Translations under genes and position numbers: made by a program
NCBI GenBank assembly: GCA_965240325.2
Contig: OZ251248.1
Coordinates: 620,001-684,000 of the forward strand
Direction: 5' to 3'
DNA from: Rebecca billardiae RCC1528
Lineage: Eukaryota > Protista > Haptophyta
DNA: 64,000 nt
Notes under the pieces: model-generated
Database searches by the model: none
The model's input: only the letters and a program-made list of their open reading frames with translations
Told to the model about the DNA's origin: nothing
In this document: piece after piece, positions 1 through 12,711 of the stretch
Layout: the number at the start of each line of letters is the position of its first letter
How positions within the stretch are numbered: position 1 is the first letter of the stretch

Positions 1-49
1 CGCCGTCACGCAGCCCGTACACACTCAGTTATTGTACCAATAACACCAC
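1..49 (-). mobile_element. Left end of a hairpin-terminated, TA-flanked element (runs off the window start)
   Basis: Reverse complement reads TATAT|GTGGTGTTATTGGTACAATAACTGAGTGT, nearly identical to the element starts at 23517, 24596 and 25605. Hairpin GTTATTG-GTA-CAATAAC at 28-44. Confidence 0.6.
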
Positions 50-241
50 ATATAAGTATTAATACTTTATTAAGTAATTGGGCATTGGCGTGCTGACGAT
101 CGCGATGTCAATGGCGGACGATATGACCGCGGCGGGCGGTCGGCGTCGCCGCATCGGTCCGACGACCGTCCCACGATCCGTGGAGCTCCGCGGCGACGTC
201 GAGCCAGAAGGACGACGCGACGTGTCGGAAGGACGGCGTGC

Positions 242-3200
242 CTACTCGCCCGCCGTGGGCGGCGCGAGCCGCGAGAGCGACGTGTCGAGTCGCTCGACCA
301 CGTCCACGACGAGCGCGCGCACGCGCGCCTCGACCACCGCGCGCGCCTCCTTGCCGCCGTCCCCGGGCGGCAGCGCGCGTGCGTCGCGCGCCTCGCCTTC
401 GGCGGGCGGCGCGAGCACGTACGCGCGCTCAGCCCAGTCAAAGTGCCACCACTGGCCCTCGCGCAGCAGGGGCTGGCCGGGCGGCGGCGGCGGGCAGCGC
501 GGGAAGAGGCGGCTCTCCTCCTCGGCGAGGGTCTCAGACTCGGACGCCAGCTCGTGCGAGACGACGGCGCGCAGCTGCTCCTTGGCGCCGTTCGGGCCGG
601 AGCCGGGGTCCTGCCGTGGCACCGCCGCGCGGGCGGGCAAGAGGGCGCGCGCACCGCGCACCACGCACAGCCCGGGCAAAGGGGGTCAGCGCGCGGCGCG
701 CGGCGCGGCGCGTCGCGCGCGAGCGCGCGAGCGCGTCGCGCGAGCGCACCGGCTTGAGTCCGCACGCGCCCAGCGCCTTGCGCACGGCCGAGGGCTTGGC
801 GGCAGGCAGGCTGTCCAGCTGCGCGCGCAGCTCGGCGATGCGCGCGCGCCGGCGCTCGATGACCGCAAACAGCTCCATACGCGCGGCGTGGTCGGCCTCG
901 GCCGCGGTGGCTGTGGCGGTGCCGGCGGCGGGCACGGCGTGCGCGCCGTCGGGCGCGCCGCCCTCCGCCTCCGGCGCAGCCTCCGCCTCCGCGCCGTCCG
1001 CCGCCTCCTCCGCCTCCTCCGCCTGCGCCGCCTGCGCCGCGCGGCCCCTCTGCAGATGGTCTGGCGGCGTGGGAGGCCGGCTCGGGTAGCGGCCGACGCG
1101 CGGGCGCAGCCCGAGCGCGCCGCGCGCGCCGTCCGCGGTGTCCACGAGCGCCTCGGCCAGCGCGGCGACCGCGTGCCACGTGACCGCCCACGCGCTCGGG
1201 TGCTCCGGCGCGCGCGGCGGCGGCACGGAGCAGCGCGCGACCAGCTCGCACAGCTCGTCCGCCAGCGCAGCGCTCTCGTCTGCGCCCATCCCCGTCTGAT
1301 GCGCGGCGCGGGGCGACAAGCCGGGCGCGGGCGCAGCGTCAGCAAGTGGCTGTGAGCGCGGCGGCCTTGGTCGGCGCGCGCCGCCCCCTCACGCGTCCGC
1401 GCCGCGCGCAGACGCGGTGCGCGCGCGCGCGCCACGCGCGCGCGAACAGCCGCGCGCGCACACGGACGCGCACCCCCAGGCGCGCGCGCGCGCGCGCGCG
1501 CTCACCTGCTGCCGCGTGAGCGCCTCCTCGAGCGTGAGCACGCGCAGGTCCCACTTCGACCCGCCGAGAACTTTCTGCGAAAGTTCGTGCAGCCGCGCAA
1601 ACTCGGGCTGCGTGAAGCTGAGGCCGAGGTCGGCGTTGGCGGACTCGAAGGCGGCGCGCGGCGCCGCCGACTCCGCGGCGCGGTCGCGCGCCGCCAGCGC
1701 CACCGTCTGGTCGAGCGCGTGGCTCTCGGCCAGCACGATCGCGCGGCCGACCAGCTCCCGCGCGAGCAAGTCGCGCACGAAGGAGTCGAGCTCGGAGGCG
1801 GCGAGCTGCGCGCGCACGGCCGCGGCGCGCGCGGGCAGCGCGGTGGGCGGCGGCTCGGCGCACAGCGCGCGCAGCTCGAGCGCCGGGAGCTCGGCGTCGG
1901 GCAGCGGCGGCACGGTGTGCAGCACCCAGCGCGCCGTGAACACGCCCGCGTTCGGCGAGACGAAGCCGACGGGCAGCGAGCGCGACTCGCCGGGCAGCAG
2001 CGCGCCGCTCGGCAGCGGCGCAAAGAAGCGAGCGCGCCCGTCGGCGGAGCCGCGCGGGGTGGGGGGCGCGAGAGCGGCGGCGGCGGCGGCGCCCGGCGGC
2101 GCGTCGCGCGGCGTGCCGGGCGGCGCCGCGCCCGCCGCGCCGCCCTCGACCACGTGCCACGCAAACGCGAGCGCGGTCGTGCCCGAGTTGGTCACGGTGG
2201 CGTGGGCGGTCGCGCGCACGCCCGGCTGCGCGCTCAGCACGAGGCGGCGCGTGGCGAGCTCGACGGCGGGCCTGCTCGCTGCCATGTCCACGGGGACGAC
2301 CGAGCCCTCGACGAGCTTCGACTGCTCAAAGTACGCCACGCGCTGCGGCTCGGCGTGCGACGCGGCCGTGTCCGGCGGCCCGGCGTGCGCGCTCGGGCTC
2401 GCAAACGCGCCGTCGTGGTGCGGCGCGCCGCCGCCCGCGCCGACGTCCGCGTCCGCGTCGGCGCGCGCGTCGGCCGCGTCGGCGCGCTCGCGCGCGGCCG
2501 CGTCGGCGCCGCCCTCCGCGCCCTGCGCGGGCTGCAGCCCGCCCGCCCGCTGCGACGCGTAGTACTCGTCGTCCGGCGGCCTGGGCGCGTGCCGCACCGT
2601 CATGAACAGGCCGGACATGCGGCTGCCCACGGCGACGTGCGTCTCGTTCGCATCTCGCAGCGAGTGCGACCAGCTGGAGGGCGGGATCCACGGCTTGGTC
2701 TCGATGTACTTCTGGTCGGGCGGCGCCGACATCATCAGCTCCGCCTCGGGCCGCCCCGTCTGCCGCGCCAGCCGCCGCCGCTGCGCGCGCCACACCTTCT
2801 CGAACTGCGCGGCGACGCGCTCGGCGCTGCTCGGCTCGGCGGCCGGCTCGTCCGCGGACGCGCGGCCGCCGGTGGCGGCGAAGCCGTGGGCCGAGAGCTC
2901 CTTCTGCCGCCGGGTCGGCGAGGACGAGGGCGAGCGGCGCTGCGCCGACGCGAGCGCGGGCGGCAGCAGCGAGTCGCGCTTGCCCCCGCCGATCTGCAGC
3001 GGCGCCAGCCGGTCGGTGCCGTCCAGGTGGTGCTCGTGCGACTCGTAGTCGTCGACGGTGCCGACGAGCGTGTGCGGCACGATCGAGCCGAGCGCGTCGC
3101 GCCGCGGGCCGGGCGGCAGCCGCGTCACCACGTTCTCCGGCTCGACGTCCGCGTGCAGCAGCTGCGGGAACGCCGCCGCCTTGTCGGGCGACGTGCGGAA

Positions 3201-3521
3201 GTGCACCGTCTGACCGGGCGCGATCGGGCGCGCGAGGAGCACGCGCCGGCCGGGCTGCGGCTTGCCCCGGCGGCTGAGGTCGGCGAAGGAGCCGGAGGGT
3301 GCGAGCGTCGACGGCGTCGCCGGGATCTGGCTGATCGACGTGCGCTTCATCACCAGCCGGCCGTGCGGCGGCGTCGGCGTGTCCGCGCCGGGCGGCGGCA
3401 GGTCATTGTACACGACGTGGCCGGGCTCGTAGCCGTCGAGGTGGACGACCTCGGGCGGGAGCACCTCCGTCCGGATGATCAGCCCGCCGCTGCGGGGGGG
3501 CGCCGCCGACGACGACGACAT
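242..3521 (-). CDS. MYCBPAP: MYCBP-associated protein (MYCBPAP/AMAP-1)-like ciliary protein, 3 exons
   Basis: Exons ~3521-1506, 1295-~770 and 610-242 (alternative ATG at 3626). Motifs IVPHTLVGTVDDY and VWRAQRRRLARQTGRPEAELMM, plus an ASH/Ig-like segment VTNSGTTALAFAW...FFAPLPSGALLPGESRSLPVGFVSPNAGVFTARWVLHT. Intron 1296-1505 (GTGAG..CAG) restores frame; the second donor is uncertain. Confidence 0.7.
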
Positions 3522-3837
3522 CGCCCGTCGCGCACGCGCCGGCGATGCGGCGCTAACGCTCGGAGCCGCCCCTGGCTGTGCTGGGGACCCGCCCTGCGCT
3601 GGCGTTGCTCGGTAGGGCGCACCCATGTCGTTACAAGCCGCGCGCCGAGTCCGGGCCGGGCGCGGGTCACTCGCGTACCTATGTTTGCAAGAGAAATGTG
3701 GGTGTGGGCTGAGCCGCCTTGGCTTGCTTGCTGTTCATAAGCGCGCAGGGCGGCCTTTTAGCCATCCATAGCCTGCCGACGAGGGCGAGAGCCGGGCGCT
3801 CCGAGCGTCGGTCGGGGCGGGCGTGCCCGCGGGGGCG

Positions 3838-5383
3838 ATGAGTGCGCCCGTGAATAAGAAGCTCTTCACAGGCCTCGAGCTCTCGCACTTTGAGCTCAAG
3901 GACACCCTAGGTCGGCGCCGCGCCCCACGCCGCGCGGCGGCGAGCGGCGCCGCTCGCCCTCGGCAGGCGTCGCGCCGCCAGCCCGCGCGCGCCGGCCCGC
4001 GCTCACGCGCCGGCGCACGGCCGCGCGCCCGCCCCGCGCAGGCACGGGCTCGTTCGGCCGCGTGCGCCTTGTCCGCTACATCCCCGATGGCCAGTTCTAC
4101 GCGCTCAAGATCCTCAAGAAGTCGGAGGTGATCTACCTGAAGCAGGTCGACCACATCAAGATGGAGAAGCAGATCCTCGAGGTGATCGAGCACCCCTTCA
4201 TCGTCAACCTGTGCGCGCGCCGCGCGGAGCGCGCGCGCTCCCGCGCGGAGCGCGCGCGCGCGCGCGCGCGCGCCTCGCCGCGGCGGCGCGTCGACGGCTC
4301 ATTGCTCGCCGCCCGCCCGCCCGCCCGCTGCCGCGCAGCTTCGGCTCGTACCAGGACCCGATGAACCTGTACCTGATGATGGAGTACGTGATCGGCGGCG
4401 AGTTCTTCTCGCACCTGCGCAAGGCCGGCCGCTTCCCCAACGAGACGGCGCGCTTCTACGCGGCGGAGATTGTGCTCGCGTTTGAGCACCTGCACAGCCT
4501 GAGCATCGTCTACCGCGACCTCAAGCCCGAGAACCTGCTGCTCGACGACGTGGGGCACATCAAAATCACAGACTTTGGGTTCGCGAAGAAGGTGGAGTAC
4601 AGGTGCGCTGCGGGGGGCGGCGGCCGCAGTGCAGCCCCCCCCCCCCTTCCCCCCCGCACCTGCTCACGCGCGCACACGCGCGCCGCTCTGCCCGCCCGCC
4701 CGCATCGGGCGCGCGCCGCCCGCCCCTCGTGACGTCTCTCCCTCCCGCTCCTCGCGCTCCTCCCGCTCCTCGCGCTCAGGACATGGACGCTCTGCGGCAC
4801 GCCAGAGTACCTCGCGCCTGAGATTATCCTGAGCAAAGGGCATGGCAAGGCGGTGGATTGGTGGGCGCTGGGCATCCTCGTGTACGAAATGCTGGCCGGG
4901 TGCGCGCCGCGCCGCGCCGCAGCTCGCAGCGGGCAGGCAGGCCGCGGCTGCGCGGGCGCGCGCCGCGTCCGGCCGGCCGCGCTGAGCCAGCGTACCCCGC
5001 GCGGCGTGCGGCGCCCGCCGCGCAGGTACCCGCCCTTCTACGACGAGGACCCGCTCGGCATCTACCAAAAGATCTTGGAAGGCAAGATCAAGTTCCCGTG
5101 GCACTTTGACCGGCACTCTAAGGACATCATCAAGAAGCTGCTCACGGCCGACCTCACCAAGCGCATCGGCAACCTCAAGGGCGGCGCGGACGACATCAAG
5201 AAGCACAAGTGGTTCCTGGGGCTGGAGTGGGAGGAGCTGCTCGCGCGCGAGACGCCGGCGCCGATCCTGCCCGAGGTGAAGTCGAAGGACGACACGTCCA
5301 ACTTCGACAAGTACCCGGACTCGAACGAGGAGCAGCGCGTCAAGATCGACGCGCGCGACCAGGCGCTCTTCAAAGACTTTTGA
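3838..5383 (+). CDS. PKA-C: cAMP-dependent protein kinase catalytic subunit (PKA-C/PRKX-like), 5 exons
   Basis: Exons 3838-3910, 4042-4210, 4339-4602, 4780-4899, 5026-5383, all GT-AG and in frame. Spliced protein has [56 protein letters not shown] and the PKA-type C-terminal FxxF (FKDF). Confidence 0.96.
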
Positions 5384-6242
5384 GACGCCCGCGGCCGCGG
5401 CGCGCGGGGCGGGCGCCTGTGTCCGCCCCGTGCCAACGCACGAGCGCGCGAGGAGGCGCTCGTGGGAGCGAGCTCCAGGCGCTGCGCGGCCCGTGTCGTC
5501 GCCTGGCAGCTGGCCTGGGCAGCCTCGTGGTGGATGTAGGCCCGCGCCGCGCGGGCCACGCCGGGCTCGCCCGGGGCTAGTTGTTGAGGGGCGTCCGCCG
5601 CCGTCCGCGCAGCGCCAGCGGCGCACGGCTGGTCGGACTGACCGTCTGACGGCGGCGCCAAGTACGTGGTGAGTCTGACGTACGCATGCCGCGCGCATCG
5701 TCGCAGAGTCGTCCGGGTGTCGCGATTACGTTATGCACCGAATGGCGCGTCGTCATACGGTCGCCTACTCACCCGGGGAGTACGGTACCCGCGGAACGCC
5801 GTCGCCTTGACTTGGGACAGTCGGGACACTTGCCGGTCGTCGCGTCGGTCGTGGCGGGTTCATTACGACCGGGGGCCTGCCCAGCATGGTATTTCTGCCG
5901 GTGGGTCTCTTACGTTTGCAGCGCGCAAATCAGCGCCCTCTCGCGGTGCACTCGAGGGTGGATATGAGACCTTTGCGCACACGCGTTCATTTAGCATTGC
6001 CGTCGTTACCGCCCGCAACTGACACTGAGATCGCAGATCTCCTGACCAGCGCGCGCGCGCGAATAGAGTTCCGCGGCCGAGCGAGGTGAAACCGACTATC
6101 TATCATATCGGCGCGGTACGACATGATCATAGTGTGCGCGAGGGGCTTTTGTATTCGGCGCACCCACACGCAGTCTGAACCATGCGGAGTATCTACAAGG
6201 CCCGCAAAGTGTGCAGGGCGCCCTTCGTGCGACAGCGAAGAG

Positions 6243-8449
6243 ATGGCCGAGGCAAGCCTCGTTGAGCGGGTGCCGGACAGGTGCGCGCCCGCGTGGCAGG
6301 GGCCTCGAGCGCGCGCGGCGGGCCGGACTGACGGGCGCCCACCCCCACCACCACGCCCGCCGCGAGCAGGCTCGAGAACGGCGTGCCGCCGCCCCCGCTG
6401 CACCCGCTCGCGCACAACGAGCTGTACAAGGGCGCCAAGATCCAGCATGAGGTGCTGCGGCAGCACCTGCTCAAGGAGGGCAAGGTGACGGAGGAGGATG
6501 TGTGCCGGCTGTGCAAGGACGCGATGGCCGTCTTCCGCGCCGAGCCCAACATCGTCCGCCTCGAGGGCAACCTCAACATCGTCGGCGACATCCACGGACA
6601 GTACTACGATTTGATGAAGGTCTTCGAGGTGAGGCGGCGCGCGCTCGCGCGCGCGCGCGCGGCCGCGAGCTGGCGTGGCCTGGCTCGCGCGTGGCGTGCG
6701 TGCGCGCTGGGCGCGTGCTTGCGCCGCGCGCCGCGCAGCAGTGCCTCACGCCCGCGCGCGCCGCCCTCGCACGCGCTGCTGCCGCTGCCGCTGCCGCTGC
6801 CCCTGCCGCTGCTGCTGCTGCTGCTGCGCCGCGTGTGCGCGCGTGCTTGCAGATTGGCGGCAAGATCGAGGAGGTGCCGTACCTGTTCCTCGGCGACTAC
6901 GTGGACCGCGGCACGTTCTCGTGCGAGGTGGTGCTCTACCTGCTCGCGCTCAAGGTGACGTACCCGAAGCGCATCTACTGCATCCGCGGCAACCACGAGT
7001 GCCGCGCGCTCACGCGCACGTTCAACTTCAAGAACGAGTGCCTGCACAAGTACTCGATGCGCGTGTACGACGCGTTCATGGACATGTTCGACACGCTGCC
7101 GCTGTGCGCGCTGCTGGACAACAAGTTCCTCTGCTGCCACGGCGGCATCGGCCCCTCCTTCCACACGCTCGAGGACATCAACCGCATCGACCGCTTCAGC
7201 GAGCCGCCCGAGGCGGGCCCGATGTGCGACCTGCTCTGGGCCGACCCGACGCCCGACGAGGAGGACGACACGCAGGCCAAGCCGTTCCAGCCGAACACGA
7301 CGCGCGGCTGCTCGTACATGTTCAACTCGAAGGCGGCGCTGCGCTTCCTCAAGGACAACCAGCTGCTCTCGATTGTGCGCGCGCACGAGGCGCAGAAGGA
7401 GGGCTTCAAGATGCACAAGAAGGTGCGCGCTCACCTAGGCGCTCACCTAGGCGCGCTGCACAAGCGCGTGGCCGTGGCGCCGCCGCCGGCGCGGGGGTTC
7501 GCGCCGCGCCGCGGTCGCGCACGCGCCGCCGCGCTCACGCGCGCCGTGCGCCGCCCCGCCGCAGGACCCGGAGAACGACTTCCCCGCGGTGATCACGCTC
7601 TTCTCCGCGCCCAACTACTGCGACGTGTACAAGAACAAGGCGGCCATCCTCAAGTACCAGAACACGCTCATCAACATCCGGCAGTTCAAGCAGACGCAGC
7701 ACCCGTACTGCCTGCCCAACTTCATGAACGTGTTCACCTGGTCGCTCCCCTTCGTCGGCGAGAAGATGTCGCAGTTCCTCTCCGACGCGCTGCTGATGGC
7801 CGACCTCGACTCGGAGTACGACGAGGACGCGCAGCGGCAGGACGCGGACGCCAAGGAGGAGCGCAGACGGCAGATCAAGGCCAAGGTGAAGGCGATGGCC
7901 AAGTTTGTCAAGACCTACGAACAATCGCGCATCGAGAACGAGGAGGTGCGCGCGCGCGCCCGTGCGGCCGGGGCGCCACTCGCCGCCGGAGCCGGCGCCG
8001 CGCGATGTGCGCGGTCTGCGTGCGTGCATGACTGACTGACTGACTGACTGACTGACTGACTGACTGACTGACTGACCCTCGCGCCCTCGGCCGCGTGCTT
8101 GGCCGCACCCCGGCGCGCACCGCGCGCGCAGATGATTGCGCTCGGCGGCCTCGCCGACCGCAAGTTCAACGACCCCAACGCCGCGCTCTCGCACGACGCA
8201 CGGTGCGTGCTGCGGCAGCGCGCGCGCTGGGGTCGTGGAACCTGCGGTCGGCGCGGTGCCCGGGAGCGCGACAGGCCGAGCGCGCGCGCGCTCACCGCCG
8301 CGCGCGCGCGCCGTGCCGCCCGTTTGGTGCGCAGGGTAAAGCTGATGACGCTGATGCAGGGCGGCGACGAGACGGAGGAGGCCTTCATGGCCGCCCGCCA
8401 GCTCGACGCCGCAAACGAGAAGCGGCCGAGCCTGAAGGGCAAGCAATGA
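6243..8449 (+). CDS. CNA1: Calcineurin A (PP2B) catalytic subunit, 6 exons
   Basis: Exons 6243-6280, 6370-6628, 6853-7422, 7565-7945, 8132-8202, 8335-8449. PPP motifs GDIHGQ, GDYVDRG, RGNHE, SAPNY; CnB-binding helix [18 protein letters not shown]; basic CaM-binding helix [15 protein letters not shown]; autoinhibitory-like [15 protein letters not shown]. Confidence 0.95.
8029..8076 (+). repeat. (TGAC)12 microsatellite in calcineurin intron 4
   Basis: Perfect tetranucleotide run read directly. Confidence 0.95.
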
Positions 8450-8950
8450 AGCAGCGCACGCGGCGCGCACGCGCAGGCGCATCTGGCGGGCGGGCGGGCG
8501 GGCGAGGGGGCGGGCGGGCGGGTGCTGCTTGGAGCAGGCGGAGGCGAGGTCGAGGCGGCGGCGGAGCGCGCGCTCGGGGCAGCGGCAGCACGCGCGAACG
8601 GCCCACGCTGCGCTCGGGACGGGACTGCCGAGGCCCTCGGCGTGCGCGATCTTGCGAACGCCCCTCACGGCCAGGCTGCCTGCTCGGGCGACGCTGATCG
8701 TGGCTGGCACGGCCCGCTGCCGCTGCGCCGGCACGCCGCACGGCGGGAATGATGAGCGTCTATCAGAATAAGTTGCCTCTGATCAGACGCCGGCTCTGGC
8801 GACGAGGCGGCACAATGGTGACGACGGCCGATGATATTCGCATCAGCTTGGCGCGCAGCTGAAGCCGTGGCATCACCGACGGTGGCACGGTCACTAGCAG
8901 GTGTGACACTGAGACGCGTAGATCAAGATGGGCCATGGCTGTGGGGGTAG

Positions 8951-9562
8951 ATGGAAACGATGATGAAGGCGGGCCGCGGCCTTGCGGCTTTGCCGGTGCG
9001 CCCGGACCGTTGGGGAGCCAGGAGCGTTCATGGCTGCGGCACCCCCGGCAGCCCTGTGGCTGCACTGTGGCGAAGCATGCTCGGCGAGCTGGACGCCGAT
9101 GCTGTTGCGCGCGTGGATCCCGCCAGAGGCATGGCACGCGACGTGCTGGCATCTGGCGACGCAATCGACGCTGACGGCGCCCGGGGCCAACCCATGCCCT
9201 CTGCGCGCGCCGAGGCCGGCGTTGTCCGGTCGGTGATGCAGGCGGAGGTCCTCGACGCCATGCTGAACGACGCGCTGGCGCACGCGCTCGCGCACAGCGG
9301 CGATGCGCTGCTGCTCCGATGCGAGTTGGCGTGTGTGCTGGACGAGATGCTCGGCGACATCTGCATGAGCAGACTGCTCGCTGTCGCGCAGCGGCGGGTC
9401 GAGGCGTCGAGCATGATCCCAGGTGGCATGGACGGCAGGCGCGTTGCTGCAGATGTGCTCGTGGACGCCCTGCTCGCGCAGCTGAGCGTCGTCGCAGATG
9501 GCGATGGGGAAGAGACGGAGGATGATGGCCGCAGTGATGCCGCGTTGGTGAGCGCAGCCTGA
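8951..9562 (+). CDS. Hypothetical acidic, helical protein (start uncertain)
   Basis: Leu/Ala/Asp-rich translation with G/C-ending codons, unlike the Arg-rich shadow frames. No family recognised. Confidence 0.35.
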   Translation: METMMKAGRGLAALPVRPDRWGARSVHGCGTPGSPVAALWRSMLGELDADAVARVDPARGMARDVLASGDAIDADGARGQPMPSARAEAGVVRSVMQAEVLDAMLNDALAHALAHSGDALLLRCELACVLDEMLGDICMSRLLAVAQRRVEASSMIPGGMDGRRVAADVLVDALLAQLSVVADGDGEETEDDGRSDAALVSAA

Positions 9563-10170
9563 TGTGACGGACTGTTTGAGTCCCGCGGGTACTTCTCGTC
9601 AGACCGGACTAGCCTTACAGTTACACTTTATTAGTTATTACAGCAGTCTCGTCAGACTCACGTCTCACTCCCGACTCGCCGCTCGCCGTCGCGGCCGTCG
9701 GGACACTGATGCTTGGCGGCAGCTCACGGCCGCGCTGGGCCGCTCGGGGCGCCGCCGCTGAGCCTCCCGACGATAACGGTGAAGGCTCGCCGCGCACCAA
9801 TCCGCGCAGGCCGCCGCGGACGCCACTCTTGATAGCTTACAGGTATAGCTAGGCCTTAGCAGTAATTATATTTAATAATATTTTATTTAATTAAAAGGCG
9901 AGTCGTTATAGCTACTACTGCTGTAACTGATATGCTACTCTCCGACACCGGCCGTCGATATTGAGTCCCGCGACGCGGGTCCTGACCGACGAGTACTGCG
10001 GTACCGGGCCGTGTCAGTCCGAGAGTCACCGTGACCGATCCGGGGGCCGATCACGATAGACCGATCAGGAGCCCGCGCCGCCGTGCTGTGACTCAGTCAC
10101 TCCGGGGTCAGGGCCGGGCCGTCCTGGCCTTGTATCCGAGTTTACTTGTAATAACCGTTATTATATATAT

Positions 10171-10235
10171 GTGGCGTTATAGGGAACCTATGACTGAGTG
10201 TCTATGAGCGACGCCAAGAATCCGGCTCGCACGGC
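10171..10235 (+). mobile_element. Diverged left end of the same hairpin-terminated element family (right end not identified)
   Basis: TATATAT|GTGGCGTTATAGGGAACCTATGACTGAGTGTCTATGAGCGACGCCAAGAA aligns with GTGGGGTTATTGGTACAATAACTGATTGTCTAAGAGGACGACAAGAA at 24596. Confidence 0.55.
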
Positions 10236-10960
10236 ATTCCTGCGTTGTCCCGCGCGCACCGCCGCGCGCAGGAGTCCTGGTGCGCTGCCAATCTGGCCCA
10301 CAGCGGCGCACCTGCAGGACTCGGTTGGTTACCGCTCACATCGGATCGATCAGGCTTCGCTCTCGGGGGCGCCATGGGGCTGCTCGCGACGAAGGCGCCG
10401 AGCTGGGCAAGGGAATCGCCTGCATCGAGCACTGCCGGGTGCACTCTCCGCTGCAGGAGGTGCACCGCAGTCGCCGCAGCCCCTCTGCTCGGTAAGGTCG
10501 CTGGCTGTCTGTGTGGCCCGGCTCCCCGCCTGATCGTTCGGCGGCGCGACGACATCATCTACTGTCTTCGCCGCGTCGCCCCTCATGCAATATGGTCTCT
10601 TGGTGAGTCTTGCTCTCGCCGCTGTCGCGTCAACCCGCACGCTTCATCGTCATCATATATCGATCTATATATTATAACGTAACTCCGAAGTCTCAAACCG
10701 GCCTGACGGACCGTCGGACGATACACGCGACCGCTTTCGCCAGTCGGCATCGGCGCGCCTCGTCGCCCCGCTCCGAGAGGGTGCGGATGGCCTCAGCTGC
10801 CCTCAGCACAGCTCGCGCCAGCTTGCTGCGCGCTGACATTGACTGACCGGTGTTCCCATCGCCGCCGGCGCGCGGCCGCCGCTGGCGAAGTGGCGGGCGG
10901 GCGACGCGTGCCCGTGCCGCCGCTATAGGCCGCCGCCGGCGCCGCGTCGCGTGCGGCCAC

Positions 10961-12541
10961 TCACGCGCCGTGCCTGAAGAGCATCACGTCCGCTTCCCGC
11001 ACGACGTACTCCTTCCCCTCCGCGCGCATCAGCCCGGCCTCCTTGGCCGCCTTCTCCGAGCCCGACTGCACGAGGTCGTCGTACCCGATCGTCTCGGCGC
11101 GGATGAAGTTCTTCTCAAAGTCGCCGTGGATCACGCCGGCGGCCTGCGGCGCGGTCCAGCCGGTGCGGATGGTCCACGCGCGCGTCTCGGTCTCGCCCGA
11201 GGTGAAGAAGGTGCGCAGCCCGAGCAGCCCGTACGCCGCGCGGATCAGCCGCCTCAGCCCGCACTCCTCGATGCTCACGCCCAAGGACTCGAGGAACTCC
11301 GCGCGCTCCTCGTCCGACAGCTCGATCAGCTCCGACTCCACCTGCGCGCTCACCACGACGACGGAGGCGCCCTCCTTCTGCGCCAGCTCCTCCAGCCGCC
11401 GGGTGAAGTCGTTGCCCTCGGCCAGGTCCGCGTCCGCGACGTTCGCTGCGTAGATCATCTTCTTGGCGGTGAGCAGCTGCAGCCGCTCCAGCCACACCGC
11501 GTCCTCCGGCGAGAGGGTCTCCAGCAGGTTGCGCGCGGGCTCGCCCTGCTCCAGCGAGGCCTGCGCTCGCCTGAGCACCTCGGCCTCCGCCGGGTCGGCC
11601 TTCCGGTCCTTCGCCACGCGCTCGAGCCGCTTCTCCACCTGCGCGAGGTCGGAGAGCGCCAGCTCGAGGTTGATCACCTCCGCGTCGCGCACCGGGTCGA
11701 CGCTGCCGTCCTGTGACCGTTGAGAGGGGAGGAGGAGAGGGGGCGGAGGGGGACGGGAGCAGGGCGCGCGCGTCAGTGGCCCGCGCCCCCGCAGCCGCGG
11801 CCGCCTCGCGCGCGCCCGCGACGGCGCGCTCCGCGCCCGCTGCGCTGCGCGTGACGCGCGTGAGCGCGGTGCCTCAGGCGCGTCGGCTTGGGCGCGTGCG
11901 GCTTGGGCGCGTGCGGCTGCAACGCGTGCGGGCTGGGCGCGTGCGCCCACCACGTGCACCACGTTTGGGTCCTCAAAGCAACGCACGACGTGCGTCACCG
12001 CGTCGCACTCGCGGATGTTGGCGAGGAACTGGTTGCCCAGGCCCTCGCCCTCCGAGGCGCCCTTCACCAGCCCCGCGATGTCCACGAACTCGAGCGTGGT
12101 GGGCACCACCCGCGCCGAGCTGTGCATGTCCCCGAGCACCTTGAGCCTCGGGTCTGGCACCTCCACCATGCCCACGTTCGGCTCGATCGTGCAGAAGGGG
12201 TAGTTGGCGGCCTCGGCGCCCTGCGTCTCGGTGAGCGCATTGAAGAGCGTGCTCTTGCCCACGTTGGGCAGGCCGACGATGCCGGTGCGCAGCTTCATGC
12301 TCACGCGCGTCGCATGGAACGCGCGCGTCGAGCGCGCGGCCGCGTACCGCGCGCCGACCGCGCCGACCGTGCTGAGCGGCGCGCTCATGGCGACCGTGCT
12401 CACGCGCGCGGCGTGCAGAGGGCGGCGCAGCCCGACGGCCGAGCCGCGCGCCACGCTCGCGCCCACTGCGCCCAGCAGTGGCGCGCTCATGGCGATGAGT
12501 GCGAAGCCGCCCATCGACGCGGCCACGTGAAGACGCATCAT
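10961..12541 (-). CDS. ychF: Ribosome-binding ATPase YchF (Obg/OLA1 family), organelle-targeted (probably plastid), 2 exons
   Basis: [84 protein letters not shown]. In-frame 240-nt intron at 11711-11950. ~80-aa N-terminal extension (hydrophobic, then Ser/Arg/Ala-rich). Confidence 0.95.
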   Translation of the reverse strand: MMRLHVAASMGGFALIAMSAPLLGAVGASVARGSAVGLRRPLHAARVSTVAMSAPLSTVGAVGARYAAARSTRAFHATRVSMKLRTGIVGLPNVGKSTLFNALTETQGAEAANYPFCTIEPNVGMVEVPDPRLKVLGDMHSSARVVPTTLEFVDIAGLVKGASEGEGLGNQFLANIRECDAVTHVVRCFEDPNVVHVVGARAQPARVAAARAQAARAQADAPEAPRSRASRAAQRARSAPSRARARRPRLRGRGPLTRAPCSRPPPPPLLLPSQRSQDGSVDPVRDAEVINLELALSDLAQVEKRLERVAKDRKADPAEAEVLRRAQASLEQGEPARNLLETLSPEDAVWLERLQLLTAKKMIYAANVADADLAEGNDFTRRLEELAQKEGASVVVVSAQVESELIELSDEERAEFLESLGVSIEECGLRRLIRAAYGLLGLRTFFTSGETETRAWTIRTGWTAPQAAGVIHGDFEKNFIRAETIGYDDLVQSGSEKAAKEAGLMRAEGKEYVVREADVMLFRHGA

Positions 12542-12711
12542 CAAGGCAAGCACGCCTGCCGCGGGCGGGCGAACTTTTGCGAAGCCCACTGGTTCCGGAT
12601 GGGCTGAACGAGCCGCGCGCCCGCCCCGGACTTGAACGTGTTTGACCAACCGGCAAGCGCTTTCTGGACCGTGCCGCTTTGGATTCACCCGCTGCTGCAG
12701 TGGTCACGTCG

